DNA of 63,194 nt, filler included, from Octopus bimaculoides (taxonomy: Eukaryota): assembly GCF_001194135.2 (NCBI RefSeq). It is 7 parts of 6 records of this genome, joined end to end, with 100 filler letters (N's around TTAATTAATTAA, not from the genome) between each part and the next. Parts side by side here need not be neighbours in the genome. Positions count along the whole stretch, not along the records: positions 1 to 16,250 come from NC_068982.1; 6 more parts are not named here. One strand, written 5' to 3'. Position numbers and translations under genes: made by a program. Numbering within the stretch: the first letter of the stretch is position 1; each line of letters opens with the position of its first letter. A model generated the notes under the pieces. The model worked only from the letters and a program-made list of their open reading frames with translations. It was not told the origin of the DNA and made no database searches. Shown here in pieces: positions 1 through 11,400 of the stretch.

Positions 1-39
<39 letters not shown>

Positions 40-59
40 CATACATACATACATACATA

Positions 60-340
60 ATTGTTAAACGAGACGTCAAACATTAAGGCAAGGCAAACAT
101 CTCAAGTCATATACAATATCATTATAGGAAGAAATTCAAAATCTTACAGCTGTTTCTGGGATATTCCGTCATCAGAGACAAATAGTGGGGGAAAAAAATA
201 TGGAAAATGAGAACGGTATATATCAATAAGGTGACAACATAGAGGAAGGGAGTAAAAGAGTAAGAAGATGGAAAGAGAGAAGAAAAAGAAGAAGTCCATA
301 GTTCAACTTTCTGAAGTTATAGAAACCAGAGCATGAGTCC
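60..340 (-). mobile_element. Penelope-like element 3' end/pseudo-LTR fragment with hammerhead-like motif
   Basis: Minus strand reads ...FYNFRKLN, a pyrimidine-rich tail, then CTGATGA...GAAACAGCTGTAAG. Bases 60-140 recur at 16109-16200. Confidence 0.5.
141..179 (-). ncRNA. Minimal type I hammerhead ribozyme motif (weak stem II)
   Basis: Minus strand GTCT-CTGATGA-CGGAATATCCCA-GAAA-CAGCTG-TA-AGAT: core intact, palindromic stem III ACAGCTGT, stem I GTCT/AGAT. Confidence 0.55.
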
Positions 341-1114
341 TTAGGCTTTATTTTTTTCCACTATTTTCCTCTACCACCTCATCTTCTCTCATCTTAGCTA
401 CCCCGTACATAATTCTTAGACACCATACACATATGCACCTTACTTTATCCTATAGCCAATCCTTAAAATCTCTGCTACCTCACTCTATCTACCTCTCTTT
501 CTATTTCTTTTCTCAAAATGATGAACATTTGGTTTGTTTATCTTTAAAAAAAATAATAAAACTTATCAATTTCCCACTAAGCAAGTGGTCATATTATTTT
601 GTTCACTTTCTTTTTCATATGAATCAACCGTCATCTGCATGTGTATAGATCATGATATACCTATGCATGTAGACACGTGTGCATACATACATATATAGAT
701 ATGCGACTGTGTGTGCATACGCGTGCATGTATGTGTCTGTGTACACTGATGGATTCGAAGGTTTTGTCTATTTGCAAGTTGATTTCCTAATTTCACCAGA
801 GTATAAATACCTATAATGGTGATACTTGGAAAAAAAAAAATTCAGTTCAATTAAAAAGCATGGATAAGCAATGCATCGTAAGCCACACTATAATTTGTGA
901 AAAAATTTAACTGCACACAGAGTATGCATCACCCCTCTGATGCCTTTTTTTTTTTCCATTAAGTTTTCTTTTCACTATTCTGTTTTGATAAGCATTTTCT
1001 AATTACTCTTTCCTTTCCAATTGTTTTTAATGTCCATATCACCTTAGTTTACTTTCTATAGGTAGTCCATTTTAGACAGTTTCTACTTGATTGTTGGTGC
1101 CCTAAATTATGTAT

Positions 1115-1420
1115 GTCTGATGGTTGGCGTTAGGAAGGGCATCCAGCTGTAGAAACTCTGCCAAATTTAGATTGGAGCCTGGTGTTGCCATNNNNNNNNN
1201 NNNNNNNNNNNNNNNNNNNNNNNNNNNNNNNNNNNNNNNNNNNNNNNNNNNNNNNNNNNNNNNNNNNNNNNNNNNNNNNNNNNNNNNNNNNNNNNNNNNN
1301 NNNNNNNNNNNNNNNNNNNNNNNNNNNNNNNNNNNNNNNNNNNNNNNNNNNNNNNNNNNGTTTCACCAGTCCTCAGTCAAATCGTCCAACCCATGCTAGC
1401 ATGGAAAGCGGACGTTAAAC

Positions 1421-1464
<44 letters not shown>
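1115..1464 (+). mobile_element. RTE-type 3' tail retroposon ending in (GAT)n, interrupted by a gap
   Basis: GGAAGGGCATCCAGC...CCATGCTAGCATGGAAAGCGGACGTTAAAC(GAT)n; the same tail recurs near 7700, 8603, 17350, 20725 and 54740. Confidence 0.7.
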
Positions 1465-1466
<2 letters not shown>

Positions 1467-1492
1467 AAAGTATAACTTGAAAAAGTAATTCA

Positions 1493-1683
1493 ACAGGCAT
1501 GGTTGTGTGATTAAGAAGCTCTCTTTGCAGCCACATAGTTTCAGGTTTAGTCCCACTGCCTGGTACCTTAGGCAAGTGTCTTCTACTATAGCCCTGGGAT
1601 AACCAATGTCTTGTGAATGAATTTGGCAGGCAGTGCGCCAGCATGGCTGTTGTCTAATAACAGAAACAAGTAAAAGATGAAAA
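1493..1683 (+). mobile_element. tRNA-derived SINE family A (CORE-like CCTTRGGCAAG segment)
   Basis: Degenerate A/B boxes then CCTTAGGCAAGTGTCTTCTACTATAGCC; multiple copies in the window. Confidence 0.75.
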
Positions 1684-1756
1684 GTAACAATAATATTTAT
1701 GTTCAACTTCTACAGTTATTAATGTTTGTTTATTTTCCTCTGTTTTCTTGTTCCAG

Positions 1757-1880
1757 TTAATCCGAGTAAATAACGAACGGTTTTCTGTCCCTGAGATACT
1801 TTTCCACCCATCCAATGTTGGAATAGAAGAAATGGGAATTGCAGAAACAGTGGCACATATTTTAAGTCTTGTCTCAAAAG
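1757..1880 (+). CDS. ACTR6: Actin-related protein 6, internal exon (LIRVNNERFSVPEILFHPSNVGIEEMGIAETVAHILSLVSK)
   Basis: ttccag acceptor, GT donor at 1881; matches the recalled ARP6 segment NERFxVPEILFxPSxxGIxEMGI; phase 1 joins the next exon. Confidence 0.92.
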
Positions 1881-2014
1881 GTTGGATTACTATTATCAAT
1901 AACATTTGTTTAATATTTTTTATTAATTTTCAAAATAATGAAAAATTAGTAAAAAAGTTTTGTCATTATTAAGCTGTTATTTGGATTAATATGAAATTTT
2001 AAAGGCAGCTTTTA

Positions 2015-3204
2015 TCAGGTTGTAACGAAAGTTCTGTCCATTTTTCTAATTGAAATAAAAATGAAAATGCAGCCATAAATAGATTTATTTAATCATCAGC
2101 ATAGTCACCATTCTTTTCAATGACATCATCCCATCTCTCCGTTAGCTTTTTGATACCCTTTTCATAAAATTCATTTGGTTTTGACTCGAAAACAGAAACT
2201 AGTTTCATTTCAACCTCTTCTGAAAAATGATTCTGTAAGTATCTAAAAAGATGGTAATCTGTTGGAGTAAGGTCAGGAGAGTGTGGTGGGTGAAGCATAA
2301 TTTCCCAGCCAAATTCTTCTTGGAGATTCTTAGTCACTCTTATTGCAGGATCACCCCTTTCCTGTTTACCAACGAAGGCCGTTTACCCTGCAAAACTGTT
2401 TATAAACATCTTAACTGCTGGCCATAAACTTCAGCTGTTATTGTTTGATTGTCATCTAACGGCTCATAATAAACATTTCCCCTCATGTCCCACCATACAC
2501 TCAAAAGAATCTGTTGGATAGGCCTTGAATTACGGCTCAGGCCACTGTCTTTTGTGCTTAATATTATTGTAGAGAATCCACTTCTCATCTCTAGTAATAA
2601 TGATTCTGTCTAAAAAAGAAAAGATGTTTGAACTTCATGGGAATGCAATGAGTCACAGCAGTCCACACGTTGTTTGTGATTGTTTTCTGATAGATCATGT
2701 GGAACCCTTCTTCCTGCCTTAGAGACTTTACCAAGCCTTATTATTTTACAGTAGATGGTCATATGGCTCACATTAATCTCCTTGCTCAGTTCCCTAGTTG
2801 TAATGGTTGGATTTTCATCCACAGTAGCTGGCAATTCCTCAGAATTGAGTTCTTTGGGGCATCCTTCTGTTGCTTCATCTTTTAGACTGAGGTCATCTTT
2901 TTTGAAGTCACCCTTTCTCCTGCAGGTCCTCTCATTCACCATATCCTTTCCATACATATTTTTGCATGATTTTGCTGCTGAGCTTGCTGTATTCCCCTTC
3001 TGGAATTCAAATAGTAAAACATGCCGTGTGTGTATGGTGATGGTGTCTTTACTTGTAGTGTATATTTGGGTCATCTGAAAGAAGAAGAAGTAATATTTTA
3101 GTGATTTAGATAGCTACTAATATCATTTAGAAACTAGATTAGTGTAATCATGTCTTATAATTATCCTTAAAAAAAAAACAGACAGAACTTTTGTTACAAC
3201 CTGA
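2015..3204 (-). mobile_element. Full-length decayed mariner (DD34D) transposon in ACTR6 intron
   Basis: 24-bp TIRs TCAGGTTGTAACGAAAGTTCTGTC (1 mismatch), TA on both flanks; broken transposase with RVPHDL, SVWWD and HPPHSPDLTPTDYHLF motifs. Confidence 0.93.
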
Positions 3205-3332
3205 TAATTTAGCTCACTTTAAAACAGGATGACTAGAAGTCTCAGGAGAGTTGGAATCAAAAGGGTTAATATTCTAAAAAAACCTATCTTTTGTACACTC
3301 ATTAGTAAGAATTGTCGTTATTTACTTATCAG

Positions 3333-3408
3333 AAATGGAACCTCATTTGCTGAATAATATTCTTCTGACTGGTGGAAATTGCTTCCTTCCTGGTTTCAAA
3401 GAACGTTT
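3333..3408 (+). CDS. ACTR6: Actin-related protein 6, internal exon (EMEPHLLNNILLTGGNCFLPGFKER)
   Basis: ttatcag acceptor, GTAAGT donor; actin-fold NIxLTGGN motif; in phase with both neighbours. Confidence 0.93.
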
Positions 3409-3499
3409 GTAAGTTGGGATTTTATTATTATTATTTTCTTTTGCATTTTTCACCTAATGTTACTGTTCACATGCACTGGAGTTTGTAAATTGAAACTTT

Positions 3500-3775
3500 T
3501 GCATAGCTGTGCGGATAGGAAGCTTGCTCGTAGTTTTGAGTTCAATCCCTCTGTGTGGCACTTTGGGCAAGTGTCTTCCACTATAGCCATGGGCAAACCA
3601 ATACCTAGTGAGTGAATTTGGTGGAAACTGAAAGAAGCCTGTCATATACATTTGTGTTTCTGTGTCAGTGTTTGTCCCCCATGCCACTTGATAACTGGTG
3701 TTGGTTTGTTTATGTCTGAGAACAAGTGCCAGATTTAAAAAGATAAGTACCAAGATCAATATGATACGATTCTGT
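3500..3775 (+). mobile_element. SINE family A copy
   Basis: GTTCAATCCC B box, CTTTGGGCAAGTGTCTTCC core, GAAACTGAAAGAAGCC segment. Confidence 0.75.
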
Positions 3776-4394
3776 GAACTGAGCCTTCATTTCTGGATCA
3801 CAAAGATAAACCTATGTTCTCTTTCCTGTCATTGGATCAGAAAAAATTGTATCTTCATTGATTTCAAATGCTTCTTGCAGAACAGAACAGACTTCCATCG
3901 TTGTCTCCTTCAAATCACTTGTCAACTGCTGAGGTATCTCCTTTTCACACACATTGAGAAACCCAAATTCTTTCACCATATATTTTTTATGTGTGTGTGG
4001 ATCAAAATAGTTTAATTCAAATTCTGTGGTACTTAGTTTCAAAGCATAAGATGAAGCTTATCCTCATCCATTGGAAATTTGAATGAGAACTCAGTTGGAG
4101 AAAGTCTTATGTTATTACCGATAGATGGACTGCGATTGGTCAAGAACTACTTGGAAAATACTGCATGCTGAACAGGAAATCAACCATGTGATGCACAGGA
4201 AATCAGTTGCATGGTTGGAGGGAAGTAGGTAGGGGCAGTGTGACAATGTATCTTTGGTTATAAGTATGCATGCATATGCACACATGTGTGTATGTGTGCA
4301 GGTGTATATAAAATACATAAGATTGTATGGATATGCACATCCACATGCAGGTTTGTGTATATGCATGTGTTTGTTTGGATGTGCGTGTATGTGT

Positions 4395-4535
4395 GTCCAT
4401 ATATACACACACACACACACACACACGTACATACAAGAACATATATGTACATACATCCATCAGTTTCCATCTACCATATCTACTCACAAGGCTTTGGTTG
4501 TCCCTGGGCTACAGTAGAAGATACTTGCCCAAAAT
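4395..4535 (-). mobile_element. SINE family A copy, 5'-truncated
   Basis: Reverse complement TTGGGCAAGTATCTTCTACTGTAGCC...GGAAACTGA. Confidence 0.7.
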
Positions 4536-4539
4536 ATCC

Positions 4540-5250
4540 GGTTTTTCGAAACTGGGGTGGGAAAGAGTCCCTAGCCCCCTGGTAAATCTGCAGTCACCTT
4601 CCAACAGCTGTTCCACTTTTCATCGCTCACAGGACGTTTGTTGTTTTTCTCCTTGAAATGGATCTGCTGTCCTGAGCACACAAAGGTAATGAAATCTCTA
4701 GTTGGTACTTTCAACGGTTTTCACTGTTGTTGAGATCAATTTGGTTCGTTATAGCATTGAAGATAACCTTAAGGACCAGGTTGTGTCTCCATGTATACCT
4801 GTTCAATACTAATGAACAGTTGGAAAGAATATGTTTCAGTGTTCCGACCTTTCTGCATTTGCATATACGTCTGAGACATTCCACCTTACTAGATTTGTAG
4901 GTGATGGCAAAACACCTATTCCTCTTTCGTACATGATAAAGTGCCACTCTTCAGTTCAGTGAACAGATTCTTAGTAAACCCGTACAGGTCCTTCAGAAAT
5001 TTTCTTTCGTCACTCATATTGGCAGATATGTCGTTGCACATAACAGCATTTCCTTTTCAAATTGTCGTACAGCAGAGCAAGGCCAGGTTTTTCATCTTCT
5101 GTAGCACATTTCCACTGCTTTCTTAGGCTGGTCTTTTCCTTCCTCAACTGTTTCATTTTCATGATTCCCCTGTTTGGTCCACACTTTCCTGTATTGTAAA
5201 TTGAACTTGTTGACTTTCCCAGTTTCTCCACTGTAAAGCCTGTCATTTTA
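4540..5250 (-). mobile_element. RLE-clade (HERO-like) non-LTR retrotransposon fragment, internally deleted
   Basis: RKQWKCATEDEK... region abuts the zinc knuckle CKCRKVGTLKHILSNC..RYTWRHN with no RT between them. Confidence 0.7.
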
Positions 5251-5299
5251 TAAAAAGCTCAACATACCTTATTTTCAAATTCTTTATATTTTCCTTTCT

Positions 5300-5410
5300 C
5301 ATTAGCACTGCACTTCTTATATGTCCATAGTTTACACTGAGTGCAATGAGGGGAATTCTTCCAACTCCTTTCCTACATATTGAGAAGGGCCATTTACCTG
5401 ACAGAAAGAG
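5300..5410 (-). mobile_element. RTE LINE fragment (Cys-rich segment)
   Basis: Minus translation GKWPFSICRKGVG...KLWTYKKCS. Confidence 0.55.
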
Positions 5411-6442
5411 AGTTTTATCTTCTTTCTTACTAACAACAACTTTGCTCTTTGCTATAATTTACAAATGTTACATGAACAATATTTTGAAAAGAAAAGCATT
5501 TAATGTTTAATAAGTGCAAGTCTGTCATTGCAATGCAACACAGACTTCAAATAATAACTATATGCTTGTTTAACATCAGCTTTCCATGCTGGCATATATT
5601 ATACAGATAGTTATTTTTTTAGTTGTTTGTGCGTGTGTGTTTCTCTGTGTTTGCATGTATTTCTGTATGTCTTTTAACATATAGACAATGCAACAGACTT
5701 TAAAAAAAAACTTCCACTATAATAACAGATTGTTGTTGCTGAGAGAGAGAGAGAGAGAGAGCCATAGAATTAGATTTGTTTCAAGAAAACAAAAATAGGT
5801 TGTTGTTGAGCATATCAGTGTGATCATTGTAGTAAGCTTCTGCTGAAAGATCTATTTTGTCTTAACTAGGTTGTTACCCATTGCTATGCTGCCAGGTAAC
5901 AACTAGTGAAATATAGTTTATGATTAAAAATTTCCACTCTTCTTGTTGTTTTAGATTCCCTTTACTAGCTAACCACAGTGTGAAGCACATTGTGTTTTAT
6001 TATATACTAGCTTAGAAGCTGCACTCTGTGTGGACTTTTAAGTTAGCTCCTGTGGAGGGCTTAATGGGCCTACAGCCCAAAACTAAGGAGGGCAATAATA
6101 GTAAAGCATTTATTGGTACCTTACCAATATGGTATTACTTTAAATGAAGAACTTGTAAGTTCACAAGTTTTTGGAGCTCTTTTAAAATTTGAATTTTCAA
6201 TTGTTTGTTAACAAATCCTCATCCAGACCTGATCCCAATTCTGGATATTCAAGAACCAAATGAAGGGCAGATTTTCAATCCCAGGATCATCCTGATTCCA
6301 AATACATATAATATGTCTATGTAGAGCAAATGTAGACTGAGATACAGGGGTCCTGGACGGACAGACAGACAGAGTTTTGCATTTATTATTATAGATAAAA
6401 TTTTGATGTTTCTATTTATTATCCGTTTGTATTGCTTTTCAG

Positions 6443-6505
6443 TGTAAAAGAAGTGAGAAGTATGATCCCCATTGAATATGATCTCAGAGTAACCATGCCA
6501 GACAA
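6443..6505 (+). CDS. ACTR6: Actin-related protein 6, penultimate exon (FVKEVRSMIPIEYDLRVTMPD)
   Basis: ttttcag acceptor, GTAAGG donor, 63 nt, phase 2-2; aligns to the recalled ARP6 EVRxxxPxxYDxxV segment. Confidence 0.92.
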
Positions 6506-6659
6506 GTAAGGATATGTATTTATGTAATATACTTGTTTCTCTAATGCTTTATTACGTCAGAGTTGTATTTGCTTGGCAGCTGACATGATTTGAGTTTTTG
6601 TGTGTGGAAAATGAAATGGCTAGAATATGGGAAAGTCATTGTAGCCATTATATATACAA

Positions 6660-7020
6660 TTGCATGGCTTTGTGGTTATGAAGCATACTTCCCAACCATG
6701 TGGGTCTAGTTTCAATCCCACTGCACACAGCACCTTAGGCAAGTGTCTTCTCCTATAACCCTTGGCTGACCAATTCCTTTTGAGTGTATTTGGTTGATGG
6801 TATGTGTTTTATGTATTATGTTTGTTCCTTACCAACACTTGACAACTGGCACTGGTTTGCTTATGTCTTTGTGACTTAGCAGTTTTGCAAAAGAGACTGA
6901 TAGAATAAGTACCAGGCTTAAAAAGTAAGTACTGGAGTCGATTTGTTAAACTAAATCCTTCCAAGCAGTGCCCCAACATGGTGCATACAGTTCAGTGACT
7001 GAACCAAGTAAAAGATAAAG
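6660..7020 (+). mobile_element. SINE family A copy (long form)
   Basis: CCTTAGGCAAGTGTCTTC core; tail GAATAAGTACCAGGCTTAAAAAG. Confidence 0.75.
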
Positions 7021-8617
7021 AACATCATCATCATTTAATGTATATATTCCATGTCGGCATAAGCTGGGTGTTACGATAGGACCTGACTAGCCAGAAGATT
7101 GTATTGGAATCCAATGTCTACTTTGGCTAGGTTTCTATGGGTGGATGTCCTCCATGAGATTTGATGCAGTTTATGTAGTGTATGAGTATATAAGTTTATC
7201 TGTAATTACATGAAGGGAATTCCAGAGGGTTGACATTCTGTAAAAATTACCTACTGCACTTTGTAATTAGTGCAGAAGACAAGGATAGGCACAGCATAAG
7301 TGAAGAAAGGCAGAGAGATGGGTATGTGTGGTGGACCTAGATAGATTGGCCCCCCCCCCTCTGATGAGTAGGAGCCATTGTGGAACAACGCAGTAGGTAG
7401 GAGTGAAGAGAGAGTTTGCCTGTGTGTTCACGAGGGAGTTTTATATTACTACTGTTAGTATTTTGAACTCATACACTTGCATATTATTTTACCTCCTCAG
7501 TCAGTATAGTTGAAAACGAAAGGTATTCTGTCACTTTTACTGTTGAAAGAGTGAGTACTATGAACATTAACCAGCTGAATATCAACTGTTTCAGTATTTG
7601 AATTTGATATCGAAATTTGTGTCACTGTAGAAACCATTCCAAAGCTAACAGTTGAGTTTGGTTCTGTCCTCTGGCTTGCCAGCTCCTGTCAGACCATCTA
7701 ATCCATGCCAGTATGGAATGTGAACATTAAATGATGATAGTAATGATTTTTGCAATCATATAGAAGCTTAACCAATAGTTTAACAATTTTTGTTTTTGCT
7801 CCAAGATTTATTGAAGCCAGTATGCTCCGTTGGATGTGTAATGTCAATGTGAATACCCNNNNNNNNNNNNNNNNNNNNNNNNNNNNNNNNNNNNNNNNNN
7901 NNNNNNNNNNNNNNNNNNNNNNNNNNNNNNNNNNNNNNNNNNNNNNNNNNNNNNNNNNNNNNNNNNNNNNNNNNNNNNNNNNNNNNNNNNNNNNNNNNNN
8001 NNNNNNNNNNNNNNNNNNNNNNNNNNNNNNNNNNNNNNNNNNNNNNNNNNNNNNNNNNNNNNNNNNNNNNNNNNNNNNNNNNNNNNNNNNNNNNNNNNNN
8101 NNNNNNNNNNNNNNNNNNNNNNNNNNNNNNNNNNNNNNNNNNNNNNNNNNNNNNNNNNNNNNNNNNNNNNNNNNNNNNNNNNNNNNNNNNNNNNNNNNNN
8201 NNNNNNNNNNNNNNNNNNNNNNNNNNNNNNNNNNNNNNNNNNNNNNNNNNNNNNNNNNNNNNNNNNNNNNNNNNNNNNNNNNNNNNNNNNNNNNNNNNNN
8301 NNNNNNNNNNNNNNNNNNNNNNNNNNNNNNNNNNNNNNNNNNNNNNNNNNNNNNNNNNNNNNNNNNNNNNNNNNNNNNNNNNNNNNNNNNNNNNNNNNNN
8401 NNNNNNNNNNNNNNNNNNNNNNNNNNNNNNNNNNNNNNNNNNNNNNNNNNNNNNNNNNNNNNNNNNNNNNNNNNNNNNNNNNNNNNNNNNNNNNNNNNNN
8501 NNNNNNNNNNNNNNNNNNNNNNNNNNNNNNNNNNNNNNNNNNNNNNNNNNNNNNNNNNNNNNNNNNNNNNNNNNNNNNNNNNNNNNNNNNNNNNNNNNNN
8601 NNAAGCGGACGTTAAAC

Positions 8618-8649
<32 letters not shown>

Positions 8650-8709
8650 ATGTGATTACACTGACATTTTGATCAATTTGGAGGAGTTTTATGAAGTTAT
8701 TACTTAATA

Positions 8710-8930
8710 GGCACAGGCATGGCTGTGAGGTAAGAAGCTTGCTTCCCAATCACATGGTTCCTGGTTTAGTCCCATTGCATGGCACCTTGGGCAAGTGTCT
8801 TCTATAGTTTTGGGACAACCAAAGCCTTGTGAGTGGATTTGGTAGGCAGAAACTGAAAGAAACCAGTTGTATGTAAAGAAAGAAACCAGTTGTATGTAAT
8901 GAAAGAAACCGGTTGTATGTATATATATCC
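8710..8930 (+). mobile_element. SINE family A copy with triplicated end GAAAGAAACCAGTTGTATGTA
   Basis: GGCATGGCTGTG head, CCTTGGGCAAG core, ~22-bp unit three times at 8855-8920. Confidence 0.75.
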
Positions 8931-9206
8931 AGTATATATTTGTGAAACGGTCGGACATTGTCTCACAAGCAGTTGTGCAGGCAAAAGTGTTAGTAAATGT
9001 GGTCAGATTGACCTGAATATTTGCACACCTATGTTAAAAGTGCTGGGGAGTTTGCATGGCAACTTCGAGTTTGCTCAATTGAAAGGCATGGCCTCTAGGG
9101 CAAAATTCCTCATCGAGTTGTGTACACAATTATTTCAACCATATGAAATATCTAGTCCATGTTAGCACAGAAGAAAAGATCTTACACAGTGAAAAAATAG
9201 GAGGTT

Positions 9207-9370
9207 AAGCAGGCATGGCTGTGTGGTTAATGACCTTGCTTCCCAAGCATGTGGTCTCAAGTTCAGTCCCATTGTGCAGCACCTTGGGCAGATATCTTCT
9301 GTAACCCTGAACTGACCAAAGCCTTGTAAATGAATCTGGTAGATGAAATTGAAAGAAGCCCATCATATGT
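9207..9370 (+). mobile_element. SINE family A copy
   Basis: GGCATGGCTGTGTGGT...GTTCAGTCCC...CCTTGGGCAG. Confidence 0.75.
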
Positions 9371-9610
9371 TTATGTGTGTTTGTTTGTGTGTGTGTGTGT
9401 GTGTGTAACACTTGTTTCAACATCACATGATAGCTGTAAGTATGCATCGCCATCATAAAAGTAATGCTGTTAATTTCTCGTCATCCATGAAAAACAAGTC
9501 AAGACATGAGAAATATTAATTTTCATCTATTTATTGTTTTAATAATTTTTTTCTTTACCTTTCCTAAATTTTTTAAATTATTTTGTTCATTTTCTCAACT
9601 TTGTTTTCAG

Positions 9611-9740
9611 TCCACAGACTTATGCTTGGCATGGAGGTGCAAAGTTGGCTTCTGATCCTAAATTTTCATCTATGGTTGTCACCAAGCAGCAATATGAAGA
9701 ATATGGACACAGCATTTGTGCAGATAAATTCAATGTATAA
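9611..9740 (+). CDS. ACTR6: Actin-related protein 6, terminal coding exon (PQTYAWHGGAKLASDPKFSSMVVTKQQYEEYGHSICADKFNV*)
   Basis: ttttcag acceptor, phase fits, TAA at 9738-9740; AWxGG and VTxxxYEExG motifs with an ARP6-like C-terminus. Confidence 0.94.
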
Positions 9741-10096
9741 AATCAAAACATCAATTATAATCACTCATTAATCAAAGTCATTAGTGTAATAGATGTCAGT
9801 ATTGTATAATATTCATTCAGATTTCTTGGTTCACTACATCAAGTATGCTAGCTCCCATTTTAAATATTGTATATTCTGTGATTCCTTTACTCGTTGTTTA
9901 AAAGCTTAATCATGAAAAGAAATACACTACATGTTTGCAGGTAAAAGAGAAAAAGGGAGAGATGGACAAATGCTTATAGAAATGGAGTGTGATGGATGTC
10001 AGTAATAAGTAACCTAGGAGAGAGAGAGGGAATGGTGGCTGGCTGTAAGGTGGAGATGATCTTATTAGTAGAATGCAAGTGATGTATAATTTAGAT

Positions 10097-10375
10097 TAGG
10101 GGTTTTCAAACTTTTTGACTTGCGGACCCCTTTATATTTCAGGCTTTACCTTAGGGACCCCCTTATAAACGCTTATGAAATTCATACATAAATATTTGCT
10201 TAAAATAACATATATTTTTACATTTATTTATTTAACAGTATTTAACAAATAGGTTTATTGTCAATTAAAAGATTTCGATTAAAAAACATATATAAAATCA
10301 AATTGCTTATAAAAAGTATTTGCTGTCCACGGACCCCCTGTCTTGTCCCTGCGGACCACAGTTTGAAAACCCCTG
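10097..10375. mobile_element. Non-autonomous hAT (Charlie-like) MITE
   Basis: 16-bp TIRs (T/C)AGGGGTTTTCAAACT; perfect 8-bp TSD ATTTAGAT at 10089-10096 and 10376-10383. Confidence 0.92.
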
Positions 10376-10779
10376 ATTTAGATGACAATTACAAGAGAGT
10401 GTGCAATGTCAATAAAAACAGTGAGCTGAGAGGGAATGATGACAAGCAGCACAAAAGGGTAAGTGGAAATCAATAGATCTGATGCAAACCCTCATTATAC
10501 AGGCATCATGATGGGAGACAGTTGCTAATTGCAGCTCACATGCATGCAGGTAAGAAAGAGAAGATGTGTAATGGGTAGTTATAGAAATGGTTGGTAGTAA
10601 GAGAGTGTGAAGGCAGTATGGTACAGTGAATGAAAGATGAATTATAGAGAGATTTGATGGTATCAAATTGACAAGAGGAGTAATTAAATGGAGACTTAGT
10701 AAGTGCAAAACAGATAGGAGACTCAGGTATAAATGTATATTATACATCCCAGCCTCCATCACTGCCTACATTTTAGCAG

Positions 10780-11130
10780 ATGTTTCATTATGCTTGCATA
10801 GGTAGATGTATCTTCTCCAGTATCATTTATCATCAATCATCATGGTCTTTTGTCATCTCCTTTGTGATGTGAGACCAGTCTTCACTACTTTGTCCCAAGT
10901 TTTCCTTGGTCTCTCTCTTGTTCCAGTCACTTTGGTTTCATTCACTTTGAACATACAGCACTTTTTTTTTATATCTTCCATACACATCACATGCCCATAT
11001 CAATGCAGTCTTTTCTCTTGCATATCATTCCTTGTTCCTCTTATAATCCATTTTTCTTTCATTTCATTTGTACTCCATAATTCTTGTACACTAACATTAC
11101 ATATCCAGTGAAGCATGGTCACTTCATTTC
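10780..11130 (-). mobile_element. RTE LINE 3' coding fragment
   Basis: Minus strand resembles the RTE C-terminus (RPRKTWDKVVK). Confidence 0.6.
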
Positions 11131-11219
11131 TTTTCTACACTTGCATATTATTTTGCTGTGGTTTTTTGGGCAGGCTTTTTTTCTGTTAAGACTCTTTGGA
11201 TTGGATCTTTCTGCCCTGC

Positions 11220-11400
11220 TAGATTTCATATCCATTGTCTCCACTACCTCTGTAAACTTCTTGGACATCTCTATTTCTATTGCACACACCAGCCTTTACA
11301 TCTCCACCCTTTTACACACCCACTGACTCCCCCTCTTATATAAGTTCCATCTCATCCCAACCTCACTCATATCAAATCTGCTATCCTCTACTCCTAACCA
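11220..11400 (+). mobile_element. Penelope-like RT C-terminal fragment
   Basis: SVNFLDISISI...HTPTD resembles the PLE FLDxxI..KPTD region. Confidence 0.55.

Noticed and set aside
6030-6405. Possible Helentron/DINE-like element (segment shared with 55365-55420; ends TTATTATAGAT)
   Set aside because: Boundaries and diagnostic hairpins could not be defined by eye.
7360-7400. CTGATGAG motif
   Set aside because: There is no downstream GAAA or stem II.
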